Source: Flavobacteriales bacterium (lineage in GTDB: Bacteria; Bacteroidota; Bacteroidia; Flavobacteriales; BACL11). From it: DNA of 64,000 nt. Below are positions 19,630 to 29,900 of the stretch, piece by piece; the stretch's first letter is position 1, and every line of letters begins with the position of its first letter. Under the pieces are notes generated by a model. It did not search any database, was not told where the DNA came from, and saw only the letters and a program-made list of their open reading frames with translations. A program made the position numbers and the translations under genes. The stretch is taken from assembly GCA_947502765.1 (NCBI GenBank), contig CANNBA010000012.1, positions 5,341 through 69,340 on the forward strand, given 5' to 3'.

Positions 19630-20490
19630 TTATACTTCAGTAGGATGCCATATCGTTTTTATTTCTTGACATTTTTCAATAAAATAAGGCGATTGATCTG
19701 TTTTCCCATTCCAATTTTTTTGTTTGTAAATGGTTACTCTTTTCAAATTTTCTACCGATAGTTTCTCGATCTGTTTTATTTCTTCATTATTGTCTCCACA
19801 ATAAACAATCGCATTTACATCCTTATGAGAAGCAAAATGACTGATTAGTTCTTTTCTTTTTCCTGTTAAAATATTTACCACCCCATGAGGAACATCTGCT
19901 GTATTTATTACTTCAGCAAAAGAAATACTTACCATAGGATTTTCTTCAGAAGATAAAATAACACAAGTATTCCCTCCAACAATAACAGGAGCAACTACAG
20001 AAATCAGTGCTAATAATGGGTGTTCGTTAGCAGAAATAACCGAAACAACTCCCATGCTTTGCAATACTGAAAAATTAAAATGATTGGATGCCACAGGATT
20101 AACCGAACTGAAAATCTGCTGAAATTTATCGCTCCAGCCGGCATAATATATTAACCTATCTATACTTAGTTCTACTTCATTTTTTGCTTGAGATTTTGAT
20201 GATCCAGTCATCATTAACTCCTCTATAAATTGTGATTTTCTGCCTTCTAACATTTCTGCAATTCTGTAAAGAACCTGACCTCTATTTAATGCAGATGCAC
20301 TTTCCCAAGATTTTTGAACTTTTCTGGCCTCAACTACCGCATTTCTAAAATCCTTTCTGGACGAAAGACACATATTTGCTAGTAATTCTCCCTTCTTATT
20401 TTTCATATGAAAATATCTTCCTGATTCTGATCTTGGGAATTTTCCTCCAATAAAGATTTTATATGTTTTTAAAACGTCTATTCTTGCCAT
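19630..20490 (-). CDS. Aldehyde-dehydrogenase-like protein lacking the catalytic domain (cofactor-binding half only)
   Basis: Aligns by eye to the ALDH N-terminal/NAD-binding region (IYYAGWSDKF, GNTCVILSSEENP). It ends at LKRVTIYKQKNW, where ALDHs have LKxVTLELGGK. No catalytic Glu or Cys segment. TAATG-coupled to the full-length ALDH. Confidence 0.6.
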   Translation of the reverse strand: MARIDVLKTYKIFIGGKFPRSESGRYFHMKNKKGELLANMCLSSRKDFRNAVVEARKVQKSWESASALNRGQVLYRIAEMLEGRKSQFIEELMMTGSSKSQAKNEVELSIDRLIYYAGWSDKFQQIFSSVNPVASNHFNFSVLQSMGVVSVISANEHPLLALISVVAPVIVGGNTCVILSSEENPMVSISFAEVINTADVPHGVVNILTGKRKELISHFASHKDVNAIVYCGDNNEEIKQIEKLSVENLKRVTIYKQKNWNGKTDQSPYFIEKCQEIKTIWHPTEV

Positions 20491-21944
20491 TATTCAAATT
20501 TTAAATATGCTTTCAATCCATGTAAGCCTCCTTCTCTGCCAAAACCACTCTCTTTAAAGCCTCCAAAAGGAGATGCAGGATCAAATTTATTGTATGTATT
20601 TGCCCAAACTACTCCAGCATTTAATTCTTTAGTTAGTTTGAAAATCTTAGCCCCTTTTTCAGTCCAAACACCAGCAGACAAACCAAAAGGGGTATTATTT
20701 GCTTTTTCAATCACCTCATCAATTGTTCTAAAAGTCTGAATTGCTAAAACAGGACCAAAAATTTCTTCTTGAACTATGGCGTGAGACTGAGAAACATTTA
20801 AAAACAAAGTTGGAGGACACCAATTTCCTTTTTTAGAAATACTGCATTTTGACTGATAAATCTCTCCTCCTTCTTTTTTGCCAATTTTTATATACTTATT
20901 TATTGTGGCTAATTGTTCTTTGGAATTTATCGCTCCAATATCTGTATTTTTATCTAAGGGATTTCCAACAATTAATGAAGACATTCTGTCTTTTAATTTC
21001 TCAATAACATCTTTAGCGACACTTTCTTGGACAAAAAGTCGAGACCCCGCACAACAAACATGTCCTTGATTGAAAAATATTGCATTAATAATTCCTTCAA
21101 CCGCTTGATCAATAGCGGCATCTTCAAAAATAATATTTGCTCCTTTGCCTCCAAGTTCTAGAGTAGATTTCTTTTTAGTGCCTGAAATACTTTTCTGAAT
21201 TAACTTCCCCACATTGGTAGATCCTGTGAATGCAATCTTATCAATATGCGGATGATTTACTAGCTCAGCACCAGTATTTCCTGCGCCAGTTACAATGTTT
21301 ACAACCCCTTTCGGAAGACCGCTTTCCTGAATAATTTCAGCAAGTTTAAGAGCTGTTAATGAGGTCGTTTCAGCTGGTTTTAAAACAACAGTATTGCCAC
21401 ATGCAATGGCTGGAGCAATTTTCCAAGCTGCCATTAGCAGAGGGAAATTCCAAGGGATTATCTGGCCTGCAACTCCTAATGGTTTAGGAATTTTATTTGG
21501 GAAAGCATACTCTAATTTATCTGCCCAACCCGCATAATAAAAGAAATGATTTGCCGCCAAAGGAATATCAACATTTATGGATTCTCTAATGGGCTTTCCT
21601 CCATCCATACTTTCAATCACTGCAAATTCCTTTGCTCTTTCTTGTATCATTCTGGCAATTCTAAAAATATATTTTCCCCTTTCTTTTGCTGTAAGTTTTG
21701 ACCAACTTTTAAAAGCTATTCTAGCAGATTTTACTGCCAAATCAATATCTTTTTTATTGGCTTCAGCAATCTTAGCAATTACCTCATCTGTTGCTGGGTT
21801 TATTGTATCAAAATACTTTTTTGAGTTTGGCTTTACAAACGCTCCATTTATAAACAAATCATATTTTTCTTTTAATCTAATATGATCTGTACTTTCAAGA
21901 GCATCAGCATACTTCCAACTTTTATTTAACTGTAATTTACTCAT
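20490..21944 (-). CDS. NAD(P)-dependent aldehyde dehydrogenase
   Basis: Full ALDH motifs: IPWNFPL, FTGSTNVG, catalytic LELGGKG and GHVCCAGSRL. Confidence 0.9.
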   Translation of the reverse strand: MSKLQLNKSWKYADALESTDHIRLKEKYDLFINGAFVKPNSKKYFDTINPATDEVIAKIAEANKKDIDLAVKSARIAFKSWSKLTAKERGKYIFRIARMIQERAKEFAVIESMDGGKPIRESINVDIPLAANHFFYYAGWADKLEYAFPNKIPKPLGVAGQIIPWNFPLLMAAWKIAPAIACGNTVVLKPAETTSLTALKLAEIIQESGLPKGVVNIVTGAGNTGAELVNHPHIDKIAFTGSTNVGKLIQKSISGTKKKSTLELGGKGANIIFEDAAIDQAVEGIINAIFFNQGHVCCAGSRLFVQESVAKDVIEKLKDRMSSLIVGNPLDKNTDIGAINSKEQLATINKYIKIGKKEGGEIYQSKCSISKKGNWCPPTLFLNVSQSHAIVQEEIFGPVLAIQTFRTIDEVIEKANNTPFGLSAGVWTEKGAKIFKLTKELNAGVVWANTYNKFDPASPFGGFKESGFGREGGLHGLKAYLKFE

Positions 21945-21947
21945 ATG

Positions 21948-22847
21948 TTAATCTTTTGAAAAATAATCTAAGGATTGATAATGTCCGCTTTCTTGCTTTA
22001 CAAGTTGCATCAAAATATCATTTGCCAAGCTACTTGCTCCAAATCTATACAAATCTTTATTCATCCACTCATCACCTAGGGTTTCGTTTAGCATCACCAA
22101 ATATTGTAAAGCTATCTTAGATGTAGCGATTCCTCCTGCTGGTTTCATTCCTATTTTTATTCCTGTCTTTTTGTAATAATCTTTTATCGCATTTAGCATA
22201 ACAAAAGTAACAGGCATAGTTGCAGCCGGGCTAATTTTACCAGTAGAAGTTTTAATAAAATCAGCTCCAGCATATATTGCAATATCACTAGCTTTTCTCA
22301 CATTATCAAGAGTATCTAACTCTCCTGTTTCTAAAATAACTTTTAAGTGAGCTTTGCCGCAAACTTCTTTAACAGCTGCAATTTCATCATACACAAAATT
22401 ATATTCCCCCGCTAGGAATTTTCCTCTTGAAATAACCATATCAACCTCATCGGCGCCTTGATCTACAGCAAATTTTGTGTCTGAAAGTTTTACTTCAAGA
22501 GTAGACTGCCCACTAGGAAATGCTGTAGAAACAGAGGCAATATTTATTCCGCTTCCCTTCAATTCTTTTTTTGCAATTGAAACAAAAGTAGGATAAACAC
22601 AAACAGCCGCAACACTAGGAAGTCCTGGTAAAGAATCGTGCAAATGTCTTGCTTTATAACACAAACTTTTGACTTTTTCTGGAGTATCTTTTCCTTCCAA
22701 AGTAGTGAGATCAATCATACTTAAAGCTAGATGTAATCCGTATTCTTTTGCCTCATTTTTTATACTTCTTTTACAAAAACGATCAATCCGCTCATCTACT
22801 CCAAGCTTGTCAATTTTAGCTGTTTTTGTTAAATCTGGGAAACTCAA
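21948..22847 (-). CDS. deoC: Deoxyribose-phosphate aldolase (long, class 2 type)
   Basis: DEVDMVI and the Schiff-base lysine context FIKTSTGK; KPAGGI near the C-terminus. Confidence 0.85.
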   Translation of the reverse strand: MSFPDLTKTAKIDKLGVDERIDRFCKRSIKNEAKEYGLHLALSMIDLTTLEGKDTPEKVKSLCYKARHLHDSLPGLPSVAAVCVYPTFVSIAKKELKGSGINIASVSTAFPSGQSTLEVKLSDTKFAVDQGADEVDMVISRGKFLAGEYNFVYDEIAAVKEVCGKAHLKVILETGELDTLDNVRKASDIAIYAGADFIKTSTGKISPAATMPVTFVMLNAIKDYYKKTGIKIGMKPAGGIATSKIALQYLVMLNETLGDEWMNKDLYRFGASSLANDILMQLVKQESGHYQSLDYFSKD

Positions 22848-22927
22848 AATTCTTTATTGCTGATTAGAAAGACAAAGCTACTATTTTATATGATATATTA
22901 CATGATTTCTAATTCATAAATTTTGAT

Positions 22928-22935
22928 TAAATTTG
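22928..22935 (+). promoter_or_regulatory. Candidate -7 promoter box TAAATTTG for cysC-cysD-cysN
   Basis: Exact TAnnTTTG match 12 nt upstream of ATG 22948. It overlaps the TTG start (22933) used in the ORF track. Confidence 0.45.
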
Positions 22936-22947
22936 TGGCCTTATTTT

Positions 22948-23556
22948 ATGAAAGAAGAAAAAGAAAATATATTCTCCATTTTTGATGATGCGCTTCAGAG
23001 AAAGCACAAAGAAGAACTACTTAATCAAAAATCAAAAGTTATTTGGATGACTGGACTTTCAGGATCTGGAAAGACAACCATAGCCAAGGAAGTAGAAAAA
23101 TATTTACACTCTCAAGGGATTTTAAGTCAGCTTTTGGATGGAGACAACATCAGGGTTGGTATCAGTAATAATCTTTCTTTTTCAGCTCAAGATAGAACAG
23201 AAAACGTAAGAAGAATTGCAGAAGTATCAAAACTATTTATGAATTGCGGAGTGGTTACAATAAACTGTTTTATTAGCCCAACAATAGCAATAAGAAAAAT
23301 AGCAAAGGATATCATTGGAAAAGAAAACTTTATTGAAGTTTATATAAATGCATCACTAGAAACTTGTGAAAGTAGAGATGTAAAAGGACTCTACCAAAAA
23401 GCAAGAAAAGGGGAAATAAAAGATTTTACCGGAATTAATGCTCCATTTGAAGCTCCTGAAAATCCAGATTTAGCGATAAACACAACCCAACTTTCAATTG
23501 ATGAGTCAGTACAAAAAGTATTGGATTATTGTTTGCCGAGAATAAAAAATAACTAA
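22948..23556 (+). CDS. cysC: Adenylyl-sulfate (APS) kinase
   Basis: P-loop WMTGLSGSGKTTIA and the LDGDNIR motif. Start moved to ATG 22948 (MKEEKENIF...). Confidence 0.9.
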   Translation: MKEEKENIFSIFDDALQRKHKEELLNQKSKVIWMTGLSGSGKTTIAKEVEKYLHSQGILSQLLDGDNIRVGISNNLSFSAQDRTENVRRIAEVSKLFMNCGVVTINCFISPTIAIRKIAKDIIGKENFIEVYINASLETCESRDVKGLYQKARKGEIKDFTGINAPFEAPENPDLAINTTQLSIDESVQKVLDYCLPRIKNN

Positions 23557-23558
23557 CT

Positions 23559-24464
23559 ATGAGTTCGTACAATTTAACACACTTAAAAGAACTTGAATCG
23601 GAAGCAATTTTCATATTAAGAGAAGTAGCTGCCCAATTTGAAAAACCTGTAATGTTGTTTTCTGGAGGGAAAGATTCTATCATTATGTTTCATCTTGCCA
23701 GAAAAGCTTTTCATCCAGCAAAAGTGCCATTTCCTTTAATGCATGTAGATACCGGCCATAACTTTCCAGAAACCATTGAATTTAGAGATAAATTAATACA
23801 CAGCTCTGGAGAAACCCTAATTGTAAAATACGTTCAGGATTCCATTAACAGAGGAACGGCTGTGGAAGAAACTGGTCCTAACACATCAAGAAATGGATTA
23901 CAAACCGTAACGCTTTTAGAAGGTTTAGAAGAAGGAAAATACGACTGTGCTATGGGTGGAGCTAGAAGAGATGAGGAAAAAGCAAGAGCTAAGGAAAGAT
24001 TCTTTTCGCACAGAGATGAATTCGGACAATGGGATCCAAAAAATCAAAGACCAGAACTTTGGAATTTATTTAATGGGCGAAAAAAAATGGGCGAACATTT
24101 TAGAGTATTTCCAATTTCAAACTGGACAGAAATGGATGTATGGCAATATATTTTACACGAAAAAATAGAATTGCCTTCATTGTATTTCTCTCATCAAAGA
24201 GAGGTAGTGAACAGAAATGGTGTACTGCTTGGAAAATGCGATTACATTACCCTAAAAAATGATGAAAAATGGGAAAAAATGACCATTAGATGCCGAACAA
24301 TTGGAGACATGACCTGTACTGGAGTTACAAAATCTGAAGCAGCAGACTTAGAAGCAATTATTGAAGAAGTAGCATCAACAAGAGTTACGGAAAGAGGTGG
24401 AAGAGCAGATGACAAAAGATCAGAAGCTGCTATGGAAGACAGAAAAAAAGAAGGATATTTTTAA
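23559..24464 (+). CDS. cysD: Sulfate adenylyltransferase subunit 2
   Basis: PP-loop FSGGKDS and a highly conserved CysD-like sequence throughout (MHVDTGHNFPET...). Confidence 0.95.
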   Translation: MSSYNLTHLKELESEAIFILREVAAQFEKPVMLFSGGKDSIIMFHLARKAFHPAKVPFPLMHVDTGHNFPETIEFRDKLIHSSGETLIVKYVQDSINRGTAVEETGPNTSRNGLQTVTLLEGLEEGKYDCAMGGARRDEEKARAKERFFSHRDEFGQWDPKNQRPELWNLFNGRKKMGEHFRVFPISNWTEMDVWQYILHEKIELPSLYFSHQREVVNRNGVLLGKCDYITLKNDEKWEKMTIRCRTIGDMTCTGVTKSEAADLEAIIEEVASTRVTERGGRADDKRSEAAMEDRKKEGYF

Positions 24465-24470
24465 AAAACT

Positions 24471-25739
24471 ATGAATAGCACCAAAGGATATTTAGACATG
24501 GAGTTATTGCGCTTCACAACAGCAGGAAGTGTAGATGACGGAAAAAGCACATTGATTGGAAGGTTGCTTTATGACAGTAAAGCAATTTTTGAAGATCAAT
24601 TGGAATTACTTAAAGAAACAAGTAAGCAAAGAGGTGAAGAAGGAATCAATCTAGCCCTTTTAACAGATGGATTAAGATCGGAAAGAGAGCAAGGAATTAC
24701 TATTGATGTTGCCTACAGATATTTTGCAACTCCAAAAAGAAAATTCATTATTGCAGACACCCCAGGACATATTCAGTATACAAGAAATATGGTTACTGGG
24801 GCTTCAACCGCTAATCTAGCTTTGTTATTAGTTGATGCCAGGCATGGGGTAATTAAACAAACAAAGAGACACGCATTTATTGCTTCTCTTTTACAGATTC
24901 CTCACATTGCTGTTTGTATCAATAAAATGGATTTAGTGGAGTACAGTAAAGATGCATTTGAAAAAATAAAGTCTGACTTTGAAGATTTTGCTTCAAAATT
25001 AGAAATCAAAGACATTCATTTTATTCCTATTTCGGCACTTAATGGAGATAATGTTGTGGATAGATCTAAAAATATGCCATGGTATGAAGGATCTACACTC
25101 ATGCATCTTTTAGAAAATATTCATATTGTTTCAGATCACAACCATATTGATTGTAGATTCCCTGTCCAGTTTGTAGTGCGTCCTCAATCAGTTAAATATC
25201 CAGACTATAGAGGATATGCAGGAAGAATTGAGGGGGGCGTTTTTAAGCCTGGAGATGAAGTAACTATCCTGCCTTCAGGATTTAAATCTAAAATCAAATC
25301 AATCGATACCTTTGATGGAGCAGTTTTAGAAGCATTTTCTCCAATGTCAGTGTGTATGACTTTAACTGATGATATTGATATTAGTAGAGGTGATATGCTG
25401 GTTAGAGAAAACAATAAACCAAATATTGAGCAAGATATTGAGGTAATGATTTGTTGGATGAATGAAAAAAAGATGATCCCAAATGGGAAATATGCTATCA
25501 GGCATACTTCTCAAAGCGCAAGATGCATCATTAAAGAGGTTAAATACAAAATGGATATCAATTCTTTACACAGAATGGAAGATGATAAAGAAATTGGATT
25601 GAATGATATTGGAAGAGTAACTATCCGTACTACCAAACCTTTATTCTTTGATAGTTATACAAGAAATAGAAATACTGGAAGTATTATTTTAGTAGATGAG
25701 GCGACAAATGAAACTGTTGCTGCTGGGATGATTATCTAA
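24471..25739 (+). CDS. cysN: Sulfate adenylyltransferase subunit 1 (GTPase)
   Basis: GTPase motifs GSVDDGKST, DTPGH and NKMD; ITIDVAYRYF, typical of CysN. Confidence 0.95.
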   Translation: MNSTKGYLDMELLRFTTAGSVDDGKSTLIGRLLYDSKAIFEDQLELLKETSKQRGEEGINLALLTDGLRSEREQGITIDVAYRYFATPKRKFIIADTPGHIQYTRNMVTGASTANLALLLVDARHGVIKQTKRHAFIASLLQIPHIAVCINKMDLVEYSKDAFEKIKSDFEDFASKLEIKDIHFIPISALNGDNVVDRSKNMPWYEGSTLMHLLENIHIVSDHNHIDCRFPVQFVVRPQSVKYPDYRGYAGRIEGGVFKPGDEVTILPSGFKSKIKSIDTFDGAVLEAFSPMSVCMTLTDDIDISRGDMLVRENNKPNIEQDIEVMICWMNEKKMIPNGKYAIRHTSQSARCIIKEVKYKMDINSLHRMEDDKEIGLNDIGRVTIRTTKPLFFDSYTRNRNTGSIILVDEATNETVAAGMII

Positions 25740-25763
25740 GTATAATCCTTTAAATAAACCAAT

Positions 25764-25797
25764 AAAAAAGCCGAGCATAATTGCTCGGCTTTTTTAT
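25764..25797. terminator. Bidirectional rho-independent terminator between the convergent cysN and tonB-like genes
   Basis: AGCCGAGCA-taat-TGCTCGGCT perfect 9-bp stem, flanked by an A-run upstream and a T-run downstream. Confidence 0.7.
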
Positions 25798-25815
25798 TCA
25801 ATTTTAACACTATAA

Positions 25816-26469
25816 TTAATTAAGGGTAAAGTTAATTGGAATGGTAAACATTACCCTAACTGCATTCCCTCTCTGCTTTCCAGGCTTATATTTAGGTAAT
25901 GATTTTACCACTCTAACAGCCTCTGCATCTAAACTCTTGTCCACTCCTCTTACAATTTTTACATCTGTAACTGACCCTGATTTATCTACAATAAAACTGA
26001 CATATACCTTACCTGTAATATTATATTCCTTAGCAATTGGCGGATATTTTACATTGTTCTGAATGTACTTCATAAGACCTGCATCCCCTCCAGGAAATTC
26101 TGGCATATTCTCTACAACCATAAAAAATTCCTCATCAGATTCTTCTTCAATCTCAATTGCAACTTTTTCATCCGACTCAGTAGTCTCAATTTTAGCCTCA
26201 TCTACAATTTCAACTTTATCCTCAACGATTACAATAACCTCAGGCGGAGGCGGAGGAGGAGGAGGAGGGTTTTTTTCTTGTTTGGTAATAGGAATAATTT
26301 CTTCTTCCAAATCATCAAGATTTAACTGGCCCAAATTATAATCTACCTTTTCATAACTTTTCCACTCAAAAGCGCCAAGCACAATTACAAGAGTAACAAC
26401 AAGGCCTATTTGAAAGAAAAGTCCTTTCTTCTTTTCTAAACTAATTTCAGGATTCTTTTTTGGTTCCAT
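25816..26469 (-). CDS. TonB-family energy transducer
   Basis: N-terminal TM anchor, a run of nine prolines plus an acidic spacer, and a C-terminal TonB domain (YPPIAKEYNITGKVYVSFIVDKSGSVTDVKIVRG). Confidence 0.8.
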   Translation of the reverse strand: MEPKKNPEISLEKKKGLFFQIGLVVTLVIVLGAFEWKSYEKVDYNLGQLNLDDLEEEIIPITKQEKNPPPPPPPPPEVIVIVEDKVEIVDEAKIETTESDEKVAIEIEEESDEEFFMVVENMPEFPGGDAGLMKYIQNNVKYPPIAKEYNITGKVYVSFIVDKSGSVTDVKIVRGVDKSLDAEAVRVVKSLPKYKPGKQRGNAVRVMFTIPINFTLN

Positions 26470-26481
26470 ATATTATTTTTT

Positions 26482-26859
26482 TTATCCTACTAATTCTTTA
26501 TAGCTAACTGCATCTAAAAGAGAGTCTAACTCTTGAATATCAGAAACTGAAATTTTAATAATCCACCCATCTCCATATGGATCTGAATTAATTAACTCTG
26601 GGGCATCTTCCAGTTTATCATTAAAGGTTAAAACCTTTCCACTTATTGGCATAAATAAATCAGATACTGTTTTAACTGCCTCAATGGAGCCAAAAACTTC
26701 TTCTTTTTCAAGCATTTCTCCTTTAGTATCTATGTCAACAAATACGATATCTCCTAACTCTCCTTGTGCAAATTCAGTGATACCAATATAAGCAGTATCT
26801 CCTTGAACTTTCAGCCATTCATGGTCTTTAGTGTATTTTAATTCTTTTGGAAATTTCAT
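26482..26859 (-). CDS. gcvH: Glycine cleavage system H protein
   Basis: 125 aa; YTKDHEWL and the lipoyl-lysine motif [11 protein letters not shown]. Confidence 0.95.
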   Translation of the reverse strand: MKFPKELKYTKDHEWLKVQGDTAYIGITEFAQGELGDIVFVDIDTKGEMLEKEEVFGSIEAVKTVSDLFMPISGKVLTFNDKLEDAPELINSDPYGDGWIIKISVSDIQELDSLLDAVSYKELVG

Positions 26860-26905
26860 CTAATTAATTTTTTTCAAAAATACATTTTTTTATTGGTCGG
26901 CAAAA

Positions 26906-29900
26906 TTATCCCGCCAAGGTAAATCTTATACTAAAACCTACATTTGTAATAGAACTCGGAAAAGTGGTGGAAATAAAAGGATTAGTAATTGCTCTATCAT
27001 AAAAAAGTTTAATATTTAATCTCTGATTTACTACATAATCAGCTGAAAATTTAATTTTTATTAACTGTTGTCCCATTGTTATTTGCTCTACATCTTCAAT
27101 TACTTTTCTGATAATTGTTTTATTATTCATCAAATTAAAATCTAATTTCAAATCCAAATCACTTGAAATCTTTTTCCCACTTCCTCCTGAAAACATTTTA
27201 AACTCAACATCTTTAATTCGATATCCAACGCCAACTACATACTCTTGAGAGCCGGTTTCTGTCAACTGATTATTGGCTAAAGATAAAGCTAAAACTCTTG
27301 ACTTTTTGAATTCAATTTTAGTTAAAAGGCTATTTTTCCAAGTCATATCCACTTTAAAAAGCGGACTAAACTGCTCATTAATTGTAACCTGAGAAATTTC
27401 ACGAGCAACATGATAACTCATATTATTCATATTTATCTCATCACCACTTCCATAGTTAAGATTTGTTTGAAAGGAACCAACAGAATAAGTAGATCGATAG
27501 GCATGGCCAATTGTAAATTGTTTGAATGTCTTTTTAATATACGGAATTTTTATAAAACCATCATAGGTAATTGTCCAATTTGGCAAAGGAATTGCAGGAA
27601 AGGCAGTTAGTTTTGAATTAGATGGGTCTCTTCCACTATAAGCTGCTAAAAAAGCAGGAATCATAACCTCTTGAGAAGTTGCCCCATAACCACCAACTAA
27701 AGTTGGGACTGTATCTCCAGAATAAGTAACGTATTCTGTAGGAAAACCAGTAATAGGATCAATCCCTCCATTAAAATTAGGATTATTTGCTGCTAATTGC
27801 TTGGCAATATCATTTCTGTAATTCCTAAAATTATCAAAAGTTGCAGACTCATTATCATCATTATCCCCTCTAAAAGCAGTGCCCCATGAAATAAATGATA
27901 TGCTAAAACTTCCTGATTCTGTTGGACTAAAAGAATTAAAATTATTAATCTCATCATCCCATCTAAAATACTCGGTATTATTAGTGGATGTTGTTTTATT
28001 GGCAGTTAATTCTATTTTCAATTGCTCGATTGGTTCAACAGTACTTCTTAAGGTTAAATTCTCTGCTGAATTCGTTTTATACATGGTATTAAGTGCAGTA
28101 TTTTTTGATATCCAACCATTTCTTCCAGCTGTTGATCTAATGTCTTGTTGGCTTCCAAAAGCAAATGGTAAACCTGGAGATAATTGAGCCCAATCTTGGC
28201 CTAATACTTTTGATTGATTAAGGTAGCCTGGAAGAAAAGTCCCTTGAGTTTCAGAATAATTAATTGCTATATTTTTTACTCCCAATCCAAAACGAGTCAT
28301 GTGTTTTAAGAATTCGAATTTATTTTTCTTCTCTTGATCAGTTTCTTCTTGCTCTTGTCTGTTTCTAACACTATTTCTATCACTTCCTCCCCTACTACTT
28401 CCTTGGCTTAATTTCTTAAAATAGGGGACTTTATTGTATAAAGTTGTAAGATTAATTTGTCCATTATATTGCTTAGAATTAGAGTTTTGAATAGTATTTC
28501 CTAAATTTGAAATAGCAGGCAAAGCTGCTGTCCAATCATAGTTAGCAGTATACCTTATATCTAAAGAAATAAAGTTTACGATAGGAATTTTATTTAATGG
28601 AACTTGATAATTGGCTCCAAAAGTTTGATGATAGTGAGTTACTCTACCAAAATTCCAAACATTGTTCCAAATAGTGTCCATTTTTTCTTTGTACAAAGGA
28701 TCCGATTTGTCGAGTTTTCCTGCTGGTTCATCAATATTTGCTTTTTGATTGACTGCAAAATCCAATTTTAATGTCCGCATTAAATCATATTTTAACTCAT
28801 AGGATCTATTCCAAGTAAAAAACTTGTTATATGTAGGGAAAATAAGCATATTAGAATTGCTCAAATTCCTGATCTTTGTTTCATTATAATTCCTGTCAAA
28901 ATCTGTTCTGAAAGAAAAAGATTTTGGCATAGTATTAAAATTAAAATCTTTGATAAGATTAAAATAGGCTGATTTCGGGAACTTAATTTTAGCAAAAGGT
29001 TTGATGTTTTTGGGCTGAGTATTAAAATTATAGGTTAATGCTCCTCTGTAATTTGCAGTTCTGTTGTATTCGGTATTGATATTTCTTATAAAAGTTTCAT
29101 TTTTTGAATAAGAAATTGTAAAATTCTCTACGTCATATACTTGCTGTTTTTTAGGTGCTTCACCTTTTTTCTGAACTTTTGTTTTTCTCACATTTGTAAA
29201 ATTAATACTCTTTCTTTGCACATAGTCTTGAGCAATATTTTTAAGAGAGTCTTTCTCTACTTTACTATCTAAGGCTTTTAATGAAGTTGTAAAAAGTATA
29301 TCCGGATCAAGAGGATTGTATTGAGGATTTTTTATGGCTTGTGACCTGCCAATATACATTGGGACTTTTAAACCAAAGTCTTCAGAGAAGAATTTTCCTA
29401 AATCAAATGTAGAAGAAAAATCATACTGATAAGCGTTGTATTTTTGTCGTTCATTAACTTTCTTTTCAATACTTCCAAAGCCAATAGTACTCATATTTCC
29501 TGATAAAGTAACATTACCAAAATCAGCCAATCGCGCTGTAACTCTACTATTTGCAGCCCAGCCCCCTTGTTCGTCAAATTCAGTAAGTCTTAACTCATTT
29601 ACCCAAATTTGGCCGCACTTTGACAAGCCATCATCAGAATCTTCCATTGATTTTTTCTTAGGATTCCTTACTCCAATCATAATGGTTTTAACCTGTGCCA
29701 AGTTGGGATTTCCTACCACGGTAACCTTACCCCCACTTGTATATTTAATATAAGGTGAGGATACATCCGAATTGTTATAATTTCTATCTTGTTTTGCTTG
29801 TTGGAAAATTTCAAAAGCAATGTCAATTTCATTTTGTGATGGCCAAATATCATTTGCGTTAGTTGCCCCATGTACAGTAGGTTTTAAGGGTATCTCATAC

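Noticed and set aside
26063-26341. Plus-strand ORF encoding a poly-Gly/Ser-rich peptide, and the (GGN)9 tract at 26243-26269.
   Set aside because: The tract is the antisense of the run of nine prolines in the TonB-like protein's linker, an expected feature of TonB. It is not a microsatellite locus or an independent gene.
27410-29753. Plus-strand ORFs 27410-27610, 27879-28187 and 29436-29753.
   Set aside because: They are antisense to the 7.1-kb sprA CDS and show no motifs.
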